A stretch of DNA of 64,000 nt, taken from assembly GCA_963809045.1 (NCBI GenBank), contig CAWEHW010000004.1:331816-395815 (forward strand), written 5' to 3'. The position numbers were made by a program, and so were the translations under genes. Each line of letters starts with the position of its first letter. Position 1 is the stretch's first letter. The notes below the pieces were generated by a model. The model worked only from the letters and a program-made list of their open reading frames with translations, was not told where the DNA came from and searched no databases. The stretch is from an uncultured Chloroflexia bacterium (GTDB lineage Bacteria; Chloroflexota; Limnocylindria; Limnocylindrales; CSP1-4). Of this stretch, positions 31,629 through 40,550 are shown one piece after another.

Positions 31629-31637
31629 GATCGTTCC

Positions 31638-32174
31638 CTGACCCTTCCGACGACCACGCCCCCACGTCCCGCCTTCCACGGCAGCGGCGCCATCGCCTTC
31701 AGCACGAAGGGCGAGTACGGCGTCCGTTTGATGGTCCAGCTTGGACGTCATTACGGCACCGGTCCGGCTTCGCTGGCGGAGATCGCGGCCGAGGAAGACC
31801 TGCCGCGTGCGTACCTGGAGCAGCTTGTCGTCAACCTGCGAGAGGCCGGCCTCGTCATCAGCACCCGTGGCGCCCACGGTGGCTACGAGCTGGGCCGGCA
31901 CCCGGCCGAGATCACGATGACCGAGGTCCTTCGGGCCCTCGAGGGACCCATTGCGCCGATGCTCTGCGCCAGCGATGACCCCGAGCACGCGACGGTGTGC
32001 GACCGCTCATCCCGGTGCACCGTCAACCTCCTCTGGGTTCGCGTGCGCGACGCCGTCGCCGGCGCCCTCGATTCGATGACCCTCGCGGACCTCGTGCCAC
32101 TCCGGGTCCCGGAGACCCAGATCCCGACAACGCTTCAGCCAAGATCCACCCACGGAGCCATGACCACCTCGTGA
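31638..32174 (+). CDS. Rrf2 family Fe-S regulator (IscR-like), probable CTG start
   Basis: STKGEYG, YLEQL, RGAHGGYEL and three Cys (C..C..C); GAGGA 7 nt before CTG 31638. Confidence 0.88.
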   Translation: MTLPTTTPPRPAFHGSGAIAFSTKGEYGVRLMVQLGRHYGTGPASLAEIAAEEDLPRAYLEQLVVNLREAGLVISTRGAHGGYELGRHPAEITMTEVLRALEGPIAPMLCASDDPEHATVCDRSSRCTVNLLWVRVRDAVAGALDSMTLADLVPLRVPETQIPTTLQPRSTHGAMTTS

Positions 32175-33073
32175 CCAATCCATCCGCCACTTCCGATCAG
32201 CTCGTCATCCGCGGTCTCCGCGTCGCACCGCTCGCCCACCCCGAGAACGAGATCCTCCAGGGGATCGACCTGACCGTCGGCAAGGGCGAGGTCCACGCGA
32301 TCATGGGTCCCAACGGGTCGGGCAAGACCACCCTCGCCTACGCGCTGATGGGCCACCCTGCGTATGTCGTCACGGGAGGCGAGGTGTTCTGGCAGGGCCG
32401 GGACATCCTCAAGCTCTCGCCCGACAAGCGCGCCCGCCTCGGCCTCTTTCTCGCCTTCCAGTACCCGACCGCAATCCCCGGCCTGAGCGTTGCGAGCTTC
32501 ATCCGCTCGGCGTTGAACGCCAAGCTCCAGGGCATCGACAAGAACCCTGACGTCGACCCGACCGACCCGATGCGCGGCGGCATCTCCATGCGCGACTTCC
32601 GCAACAAGATGCGCGAGAAGATGGCCTTGCTGCGGATGGATGAAGGCTTCGCGTCGCGGTACGTCAACGAAGGGTTCTCGGGCGGCGAGAAGAAGCGGCT
32701 CGAGATGCTCCAGATGGCCGTCCTGGAGCCCGAGATGGCGATCCTCGACGAGACCGACTCGGGGCTCGACATCGACGCCTTGCGCATCGTCGCCGAGGGC
32801 GTCAACGCCATGCTCAACCCGAACCTCGGCGTCCTGCTGATCACCCACTACCAGCGCCTGCTCAACTACATCACGCCGGACGTCGTCCACGTCCTCGCCG
32901 AAGGTCGGATCGTCAAGTCCGGCGGCAAGGACCTGGCGATCCGCCTCGAGGACGAGGGCTACGGACCGATCCTTCGTGAGGCGGGCCTGGCGCCCGACCT
33001 GCCCGACGAAGCCTTGAAAGTTCCGCTCGCGCCAGCGGGCGCCGAGCTGGAGCCCGTGGAGGCCGCCCGCTAG
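32171..33073 (+). CDS. sufC: Fe-S assembly ATPase SufC
   Basis: HAIMGPNGSGKT, LAFQYP, RYVNEGFSGGEKKR, LDETDSGLDIDAL and ITHYQRLL. Confidence 0.96.
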   Translation: MTNPSATSDQLVIRGLRVAPLAHPENEILQGIDLTVGKGEVHAIMGPNGSGKTTLAYALMGHPAYVVTGGEVFWQGRDILKLSPDKRARLGLFLAFQYPTAIPGLSVASFIRSALNAKLQGIDKNPDVDPTDPMRGGISMRDFRNKMREKMALLRMDEGFASRYVNEGFSGGEKKRLEMLQMAVLEPEMAILDETDSGLDIDALRIVAEGVNAMLNPNLGVLLITHYQRLLNYITPDVVHVLAEGRIVKSGGKDLAIRLEDEGYGPILREAGLAPDLPDEALKVPLAPAGAELEPVEAAR

Positions 33074-33090
33074 CCGGGCTCGATGCTTCG

Positions 33091-34371
33091 ATGACGCTGA
33101 CATCCGAGCCCAAGGCCGAGCGAGCGGACGCTTCCGCCGCGTCCTTCGACCCGCACGTCGTCCGGCGCGACTTCCCGATCCTCGAGCAGGAGATCAACGG
33201 TCACCCGCTCGTCTACCTCGACTCGGCGTCGTCGTCGCAGAAGCCGCGCGTCGTGATCGATGCCGTCGCCGACTACTACCGGGAGTACAACGCCAACGTC
33301 CATCGCGGGATCTACACGATCGGCGAAAAGGCGACGGCGGAGTACGAGAAGGCGCGAGCCAGGGTGGCCGGCTTCATCAACGCGCCCGACAGCCACGAGG
33401 TGGTGTTCACCCGGAACGCGACCGAGGCGATCAACCTCGTCTCGTATTCCTGGGGCCGCCGGAACATCGACCGCGGCGACGCGATCGTCCTGACCGAGAT
33501 GGAGCACCACGCCAACCTGGTCCCGTGGCAGCTCCTCGTCCAGGAGAAGGACGGTGACCTCGAGTTCATCCCGATCACCGACGACGGGATCCTCCGCCTC
33601 GACGTCTTCGAGGTGCTGCTGCGCCTGAAGCCCAAGCTGGTCGCCTTCACCCACGTCTCGAACACCCTTGGCACGATCAACCCGGTCCGCGAGATGACCG
33701 AGATGGCGCACGCGGCAGGGGCGCTCGTGCTGATCGATGGCGCCCAGGCCGTTCCGCACGTGCCGGTCGACGTCCAGGCGCTCGGCTGCGACTTCTACGC
33801 GTTCAGCGGGCACAAGATGCTTGCGCCGATGGGCTCGGGCGCCTTGTGGGCGCGACGCGAGCTGCTCGAGGCGATGCCGCCATTCCTGGCCGGCGGGGAG
33901 ATGATCCGCGAGGTCCACCTCCGGCGCTCCGAGTTCAACGAGATCCCCTGGAAGTTCGAGGCGGGAACACCGGCCGTCGGTGATGCGATCGGACTGGGCG
34001 TAGCCGCGGAGTACCTTGGGGCACTCGGGATGTCCGCCGTTCGCGAGCATGAACGGGAGCTCGTGGCGTACGCCCTCGACATTCTTCAGGGCCAGGTCCC
34101 CGGGATCGAGCTCTATGGCCCGCTCGACCCGGACCTTCGCGGCGGCGTCGTCCCGTTCAACCTGCCGGGCATCCACCCGCACGATGTCGCCCAGGTCCTG
34201 GACCGCTTCGGGATCGCCGTCCGGGCCGGCCACCACTGCACCATGCCGCTCCACGAGCGCCTGGACCTGGCGGCAACGGCGAGGGCCAGCTTCAACGTCT
34301 ACTCGACGCGCGAAGACATCGACGCGCTGGCCGCCGGTCTCATCGAGGTCCAACGGGTCTTCAACGTCTAG
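33091..34371 (+). CDS. sufS: Cysteine desulfurase SufS
   Basis: YLDSASSSQKP, ANVHRG, EHHAN, SGHKM, FEAGTP and RAGHHC. Confidence 0.96.
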   Translation: MTLTSEPKAERADASAASFDPHVVRRDFPILEQEINGHPLVYLDSASSSQKPRVVIDAVADYYREYNANVHRGIYTIGEKATAEYEKARARVAGFINAPDSHEVVFTRNATEAINLVSYSWGRRNIDRGDAIVLTEMEHHANLVPWQLLVQEKDGDLEFIPITDDGILRLDVFEVLLRLKPKLVAFTHVSNTLGTINPVREMTEMAHAAGALVLIDGAQAVPHVPVDVQALGCDFYAFSGHKMLAPMGSGALWARRELLEAMPPFLAGGEMIREVHLRRSEFNEIPWKFEAGTPAVGDAIGLGVAAEYLGALGMSAVREHERELVAYALDILQGQVPGIELYGPLDPDLRGGVVPFNLPGIHPHDVAQVLDRFGIAVRAGHHCTMPLHERLDLAATARASFNVYSTREDIDALAAGLIEVQRVFNV

Positions 34372-34535
34372 CCCGGTCAGCCGGCGCCGGCTTCGATCCG
34401 AACACGCTCAACGACGGGACCTGGCAGCGGCTGCAGCCCCGGGACTGAGGGGTCAGGGCTCGTCGGGGACCTCGTCGTCGTCGGGCTTGGAAGTGCGCGG
34501 GAGCGGACATGCGGTCGATTACCGCTGTTCGCGTC

Positions 34536-36303
34536 CTACACCCCGAACAGTCCGCCGAGGCCCTCGTCGATGGCCCGCTCGATCTCTTCCTCCCACCCAA
34601 CACCCAGGACCAGGACCTCGCTCACACCGCCGCAATCGAGCGACTCGTGCCCGGTGAACCGGAGCCGGACCGAATCGCCGAACGTCCCGGGCGGAAACGT
34701 CACGAGCACGTTGGGGTCGGGTGAGCCTTCAAGCGATTGGGACACGGAGTCCACGACGCTGCCACCGAACATGACGTCGACGTCGACCTGATCGAACCCG
34801 AAGCCGGTCCGGAACGCCTCCGTCGCGTTCTCCTCGTTGCCCCCGACCAGGATCGCTTCGATCTCGACGGGGCCGTCCACCGACCACGTGTACTCGGTCA
34901 CGGTCGACGTGGTGTGCGGCCCCTTCGAGAACCACGAGGTCGTCGTGTCGAGGTCAACCGCCAGCCGCGCCGGGAAGTTTGGGTCGACCGAGTTCGAGCT
35001 GATGGCGCCGATCGCCGTCAGGTCTGATGGGAAGAACGGCTCGCGCGCGACAGGTTCACCCGAACCTGGTCCCGGGAGCGTCGTCGCAGCAGGTTCGGTG
35101 GGTGCTGCTGAGACGGGCTCGGACGGTGCCGCGCTGGCGCTCGGTGGCGCGCTCGAGAGAATGGCCACGGCGTCGGTGCCGTCGGACCCGGGCGGCAGAC
35201 CGAACAGCTCGCCCGTCCCGAGATCGACGACTGGAATCTGCGCCAACGGGGCGGTCGCCGGCGCGATGACCTCGACCTTCTCGGGTGCAAACGCAGGCCA
35301 GGCCGAGCCGACATACGATGGCTGGACGGGTGCCGGGATTGGCTCGAGGAGCGGGTTGCCGCATCGGCATCGAGCTCGCGGGACGCCGCGGTCGTCAACC
35401 AGCACGGCGGTCCCGGCCTGAAGCACCGACTGACGAGCATCGGCAACGCCATCCCGGAAGCCGTGGTTGGTCACCCTGGTGTCCCGGTTCAGCGCAACCG
35501 GCGTCAGGCCACCGACGTAGTCGCGGATCGTCGACGGCGCGATGCCATGGACGGCGGCCCAGGCGGCGGCCTTGTCGGGGTTCTGATCGAGGAATGTGAT
35601 CAGCTGCTCCTTGTCGCACTCGGCGTTGTTCCTGGTACCGCCATACAGGCCGACCGTGCCGCCTGGGATCGTGCGGACGGCGATCACCGCGCTGGCCGCG
35701 GCGGATGGCGCATCCGTGACCCCTGCTGCGGACGAGGCGGTTGGTCCGACGCTTGTCGATGGCGACAGGTCAGCCGATGGCACCGGTGAGGCCGACGCCG
35801 TCGCGACCGACGGCGTGAACGGATCCGGGCCGGTCGCCGCCGCGGGTTCCAGGAAGATCTCGCCCGGTCCGGCGGCCGTGCTCGGTTCGGGCTCCCCCGA
35901 CGCCAGGCGCATGACGAGCAATGCGACCGTCAGGATCCCGCCGAGCGCGCTGACGAGTGCGAGCAGCCAGCTCGGCAGGGAACGGCGACCCTTGGGCCCG
36001 GGCGCTGGAGAGCTGATGGTCACGGGACCGGGCGGGACCGGGGTGGTTGTCGGCGTGACGGAGGGCGGTGGAGCCGAAGCCAGGGCGGGCGGCGCGGCCA
36101 AGGGGCCGGGTGGTGGCCCGGCTGGCGGCCCGGCGGGCGGCCCGGCCGGTGGTCCGGATGGTGGGCGCCCCGGAGCCGGTGCAGGTGGTGACGCTGCCGG
36201 CGGCCCGGACGGGGGTGGACCCGGCGGGGGCCGGACGGGGGAGACCCGGCGGCGGGCCGGACGGTGGTGGTCCCGGCGGCGGTCCGGCTGGAGGCCCGCT
36301 CAT
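34536..36303 (-). CDS. Polyproline-tailed membrane protein with DUF6777 and a C-terminal discoidin-like domain (frameshift near 36240)
   Basis: N-terminal GPPP repeats, one TM helix, GLYGGT..C...DTRVTNHG..QSVLQAGTAVLVD..G.P..RC.CGNPL, then AVDLDTTTSW; ATGA overlap with the upstream gene. Confidence 0.8.
36100..36300 (-). repeat. Low-complexity repeat encoding GPPA/GPPP/GPPS
   Basis: Repeated 12-15 nt units encoding GPPAGPPPGPPPSGPP. Confidence 0.8.
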
Positions 36304-36971
36304 GGCGTGGGGCACTGGGCTTGCCGATCGCCGTAGAAGCGTCGTCGTTCGCCGTAGTGGTCGAACGCCAGGATGTCATTGGCGGTCCGAGCCGCGTTCT
36401 GGATCTGTGCCGCCATCGCTGCCATCTCCCCGTAGATCTTGCTACAGCGCTCGCCGTCCGTGACCTGCCTGGCGTCCAGTTGCTGCCTCAGGCGGACTTC
36501 GACGAAGCTGAGCTCGTTATATCGCTGCCTGACTTCCCGATCCGACCCCGACACCGTCCTTCCCCTGATCGTGCGGTTCGGACTCAACTCCTGCGCGGCT
36601 TTCACATCCGCGTCGTACCGGCCAAGGCTTCCCCGGTCGAGCGCCAGGACCGCCCGGGACGTCCGGTACGTCCAGTCCGTGGGTCTGGACTCGATCGCCT
36701 TGTCCATCTTCGACATGTCGCCGCTCGTCCGCCCTTCGTTCATGAGCGCGTCCGCCTGGTTCACCTTGTCGATGGTCGCGAGGGCACCGACCGCCGCGGT
36801 CACCTCGTTGCCGTCGCCTATGCCAAACGTTCCGCCGATCGTGCTCCCCAGATTGTTGAACGCCCAGTCGGCCATGAAGTCACGCACGAACGCCTCGTCG
36901 CCTTCCTCGCAGCCGGCAACGAGAACGGCGATCAGAAGGAGCACACCGCCAAGCCCCGCACGCCGTCTCAT
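36300..36971 (-). CDS. Hypothetical lipoprotein with TPR-like helices
   Basis: Lipobox LVAGC; ADALMNEG...AIESRP.DW..R..RA.L; ATGA overlap. Confidence 0.75.
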   Translation of the reverse strand: MRRRAGLGGVLLLIAVLVAGCEEGDEAFVRDFMADWAFNNLGSTIGGTFGIGDGNEVTAAVGALATIDKVNQADALMNEGRTSGDMSKMDKAIESRPTDWTYRTSRAVLALDRGSLGRYDADVKAAQELSPNRTIRGRTVSGSDREVRQRYNELSFVEVRLRQQLDARQVTDGERCSKIYGEMAAMAAQIQNAARTANDILAFDHYGERRRFYGDRQAQCPTP

Positions 36972-37534
36972 TGGCCGGTCATCCCGCCGAGGACCGCACC
37001 CAGGTCAACGCGCCCATCGAGCGATCGGCTGAACGTCTCGAGGTCGTCCTGGCCGCTGGCGACGCGGGTTATCGCGGACACGGATGCCGTGAGGACCCCC
37101 AGGCTCTGGCCCGTCCCATCGCGATAGTCGACTGCCACCCGGGTAATGCCCAGGTCCTGCGCCCGACCGTCGGCGAGGCGCACGAACATTTCGACCAGCC
37201 CGGGCCGATTCGCCGCGGTTGGGAAGGTGAAGCCGGCGGATGTGTCCAGCACGGCGTAGGCGATCACGGAGTCGCCCTCGCGCATCGGCAGGAGGTGGAG
37301 GCTCATCCCGGTCGTGTCGATCCCCGATGCCTCGATCGAGGCCATCAGCTCTCGGGCACCCTCGCGGTCCGGCGTGTCCGCGAGGAGGGTTTCCGCGGTT
37401 GGGAGGAGCCCGAGCTGTTGTGGGATACGCAGGATCAACGCCCCGCTGGCGATCACGATGCCGACCACGAAGAAGAGCGTCATCAGACAGCCGCGGAACA
37501 GGCAGCCTCGACCGCGCGCGGGCGACGCGGTCAC
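36968..37534 (-). CDS. Hypothetical single-pass membrane protein
   Basis: RGRGCLFRGCL followed by a TM helix and a globular domain; GTGA overlap. Confidence 0.75.
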   Translation of the reverse strand: MTASPARGRGCLFRGCLMTLFFVVGIVIASGALILRIPQQLGLLPTAETLLADTPDREGARELMASIEASGIDTTGMSLHLLPMREGDSVIAYAVLDTSAGFTFPTAANRPGLVEMFVRLADGRAQDLGITRVAVDYRDGTGQSLGVLTASVSAITRVASGQDDLETFSRSLDGRVDLGAVLGGMTGQ

Positions 37535-38088
37535 GGCACGTCCGGCACGAGGAGGCGGCCGTCGACCCAAGCCTCCCAGTCGTTCGAGAACGCGACGTGT
37601 GCCCAGCCGTCGGGCCGCTCCTCGATCAGCATGACGTCGAGACCGCCGGCCAGCGAATGCTCAGGCGGCAGCGCGCCGTCGGGTCGTGTCCAGGCAGCGA
37701 TGCCGGCTGCGGGTACACGATGGGTCGGCGTATAGCGCCGGGCCGTTGGCATCTGCGTCTGCGGCGTTGGCGCCTCCACGTGGGTCTCCATCGTGAACGG
37801 CAGGAGTTGCAGGGTCCCGACCGGAAGCCGCTGCGCCCACGCCGCACCGTCCCACAGCCACCATGTCGAGCCGTCGTAGCACCACGTCCAGCCAGCTTCG
37901 TCTCGCAGCGTGAGCTCACGAAGCGTCTCCGGCAGCTGGTCGGGCGGGTACTCGTCCTCGGCCAGCACCTCGCCGAGGCGCCGCGCCCGCGCCTCCCAGT
38001 CCGCGGGCGCGATGCCCGGACCGTCCCTTGGCACGAGCTGGAGCGTGACCGGTACCAGCGTCGGCATGTTCGACACGGTGTCGGTCAT
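37531..38088 (-). CDS. Hypothetical cytoplasmic protein with Trp-rich WW-like and SH3-like modules
   Basis: GWTWCYDGSTWWLWDGAAW; C-terminal THRV..AW..PD...L..GLDV..IEERPDGWAHV..NDWEAWVDGRLL; ATGA overlap. Confidence 0.75.
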   Translation of the reverse strand: MTDTVSNMPTLVPVTLQLVPRDGPGIAPADWEARARRLGEVLAEDEYPPDQLPETLRELTLRDEAGWTWCYDGSTWWLWDGAAWAQRLPVGTLQLLPFTMETHVEAPTPQTQMPTARRYTPTHRVPAAGIAAWTRPDGALPPEHSLAGGLDVMLIEERPDGWAHVAFSNDWEAWVDGRLLVPDVP

Positions 38089-40400
38089 GTCGTCCTCGCC
38101 CCGCCGGCAGCCACGGGTCCCGCCGGCGCCGCGGGGCCTGCCGGCGTGGGCGGGGCCGCCGCCGCTTGCTGCTGCTTGATGCAGTCGTCCAGGGCCTGGC
38201 GGAGCGTCGTGGCGCGGCCATGCTCCTTGTCCGCCTCGGCGGAGATCGCGGTGTAGCCCGTCCGCAAGAGCTCGATGTTCGCGAATCCCTTGCGGAGGAT
38301 CGTGACGATCTCCTCGGGTGACTGGCCGACCCCGAACACGAGCTCACCGAACACGCGGAAGGGCCAGCGCACGATCCGGCCGATCGCCCAGCCTTGTTCC
38401 GCGCCCTCCGGGATCCGCGGAACGGCGCCCACGTCGATCGATTCCGCGTTCCGCCGCAGGTTGTCGAGCGCATCCTGCGCCAGCATCTCGTCGAATTTGG
38501 CTCGTTCCAGGCGTCGCGCGAGATGGTCCGCGTCGGTGAACTCGTCCATCTTGGCCGCCGCCCGCGCCTCGAGCAGATCGCTGGCGGCCTTGTCCGCGGC
38601 GGCCTTGTACCGGAGGACATCGGCCTCCGTCACCTCTTCCAGTTGATCGAGCTGGGTCGCGGCGTCGCGAAGTTGGGCCGACGTGCGGTCTCGATCGGCG
38701 AGCAGCTCCTTCCAGCCGGGCTGGTCGTCCAGGTCCTTGAGCTGCTTGCGGGTCGCCTCGACCTTCTGCTTCGCCTCGCCGATCTCGCGCGCGTGCTCCA
38801 GCTCGGCCGAGGCGAGCCGCTCTGCCGCTTCGGCGCGCAACTCCTTGAGCCGTTCGATCTTGGCGAGCCGGTCCTTGCCCAGCGGCAATTTCTTGCCGCC
38901 GGGTCCCATCGTCGCCGAGTCGTCGATCTTCCTGATTGCGGCATCGAAGCCGGCCACTTCCTCCTTGAGCGGGGCAGCGGCCTTCGCCGCCCAGGCTTCG
39001 AGGCCTTCGACCCTGTCCTGGAGCTGGATGGCGGCACGTTGGAGCGGGGCCCGCACCTCGGCACCCTTGGCGATCAACCGGCCCTGCTTCTTGGCCAGCT
39101 CGTCCAGGTCGGCCCATTGCTTGCGGGCGGCCGTCGCCTTCGGCAGATCCGTCAGCGCCGCCTCGAGCTTGTTGAACCAGTAGGTCTGCAGGTCCCGCGC
39201 GTTCCGGACCGCGGTGCTGTTCTCGATCATCTCGTCGATCTTCGAGCTGAGCACCGCCACCTCGTCGGCAATGATCTTGACCCGGGTGCGGGCAACCTCG
39301 AGCGCCTCGTTGGCCAGCTGGAGCGCCTGGGCCATCTTCGGGCCGATCTTGGAAGGCGGCTTCCAGTTGTCAATCTGTTGCCGCGGCGCCGTGCCACGCG
39401 GTCGGCCCAGTGATTGCGCGAGATCGCCCACGGCGCCGCCGATCACCGAACCAACCTCGAAGCCGACGACCATGTTCGCCTTGATGATGTTGTTGGCGTG
39501 GATGATCTCGGCTCGATGCAGTTGCTCGGACAGGCTCTGCGTGGCATCGCGAAGGGTTCCGAGACGTTCGCGACTGTCCTCGTAACTCTGCTTCGCTCCT
39601 GAACACGCATCCGGCACCTGGCCGACGTTCGAGGACGGTCGCGGAGTCCCTGGCTTGCGGCGCCAGATGAGCCTCGCACCACCGATGACGATGATGACCC
39701 CGCCGGTGCCCACGATGATCGGGATCAACGGCGGGCCGCCGCCGACGCCGCCGGTGCCCGCCAACGGGACCTCTGGGATTGGGCAACCCGCGGCTCCCCG
39801 GTGGCGGTTGGCCAACACCCGGGCGACGATCTCGGCGTCATCGACGCCGTATCGCTTGGCCTCCTCGACACTGCCACGCTCGTTGGTGAGGACGACGATC
39901 GTCGCGAACACCTGCTGGTTGAGCAGGCGCCATTCCTTTTCCTGGAGGCCGAACTCGACACCCGGAAAGAACGACGAGAAAACGCCGTCCGATTGCGGGT
40001 TGTCTGGATTGCGCGCCAGCCTGCCTTCCTCGGTGATCAACATCCCGGGAGGCGCGCCCGATGGTGTGGTCACGTTGTCGCGATTGCCGAGCACGCTGGC
40101 GTAACGCTCGCTGGCGTCCTCCGGCGTGCAGTGATACTCGATGGTGATCGCCGTCCCAGACTGCCCGGAGGCCCGGTCGATTCGGTAGTTGCACAGGAAC
40201 TGCGGGCCGGGCGCCGTCGACGATGCCTCGGCGATGACGTTCCAGCCAGTCGGCTCGGTGACGTCGCAGATCGTCGCGGCGCTTGCCGACGGGGCCGCCG
40301 ATGCGAGCCAGAGGGCACTGAGAATCGCCAGACCCAGGAATCGGAGCGCGCTGAACCGGCGGTCCCGTGGCTGCGCGCTCGGACGGTCCCTGCGGATCAC
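38085..40400 (-). CDS. Hypothetical single-pass membrane protein: signal peptide, 4-Cys ectodomain, long coiled coil
   Basis: Signal peptide ending ASA, four Cys, TM followed by WRRK, then about 500 aa rich in Ala/Lys/Glu heptads. Confidence 0.8.
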   Translation of the reverse strand: MIRRDRPSAQPRDRRFSALRFLGLAILSALWLASAAPSASAATICDVTEPTGWNVIAEASSTAPGPQFLCNYRIDRASGQSGTAITIEYHCTPEDASERYASVLGNRDNVTTPSGAPPGMLITEEGRLARNPDNPQSDGVFSSFFPGVEFGLQEKEWRLLNQQVFATIVVLTNERGSVEEAKRYGVDDAEIVARVLANRHRGAAGCPIPEVPLAGTGGVGGGPPLIPIIVGTGGVIIVIGGARLIWRRKPGTPRPSSNVGQVPDACSGAKQSYEDSRERLGTLRDATQSLSEQLHRAEIIHANNIIKANMVVGFEVGSVIGGAVGDLAQSLGRPRGTAPRQQIDNWKPPSKIGPKMAQALQLANEALEVARTRVKIIADEVAVLSSKIDEMIENSTAVRNARDLQTYWFNKLEAALTDLPKATAARKQWADLDELAKKQGRLIAKGAEVRAPLQRAAIQLQDRVEGLEAWAAKAAAPLKEEVAGFDAAIRKIDDSATMGPGGKKLPLGKDRLAKIERLKELRAEAAERLASAELEHAREIGEAKQKVEATRKQLKDLDDQPGWKELLADRDRTSAQLRDAATQLDQLEEVTEADVLRYKAAADKAASDLLEARAAAKMDEFTDADHLARRLERAKFDEMLAQDALDNLRRNAESIDVGAVPRIPEGAEQGWAIGRIVRWPFRVFGELVFGVGQSPEEIVTILRKGFANIELLRTGYTAISAEADKEHGRATTLRQALDDCIKQQQAAAAPPTPAGPAAPAGPVAAGGARTT

Positions 40401-40497
40401 GTGACGGCCCCACCCTCAGATCGTTCACCCGCCGATCTGGGCGGGATCATCGCAGCGCGCGTGGGCTGTGTCCATGGCATTTTGCGCGGCCTCGGCG

Positions 40498-40541
40498 CAA
40501 TCCCGACCTCGCTGGTCGGGATTGGCGTCTCGCGGTACACT
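40498..40541 (+). promoter_or_regulatory. Second Rrf2 operator and -10 box upstream of sufU
   Basis: CAATCCCGACC-TCGCT-GGTCGGGATTG at 40498-40524; TACACT at 40536. Confidence 0.8.
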
Positions 40542-40550
40542 CGGGAATCG

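Noticed and set aside
36100-36300. CRISPR-like or non-coding repeat array
   Set aside because: Units are short, degenerate, lack unique spacers and encode a polyproline tail
34372-40550. Prophage, transposon or integrative element explaining the block between sufS and sufU
   Set aside because: No integrase, transposase or phage genes, no flanking direct repeats found by eye, and composition looks like the rest of the window
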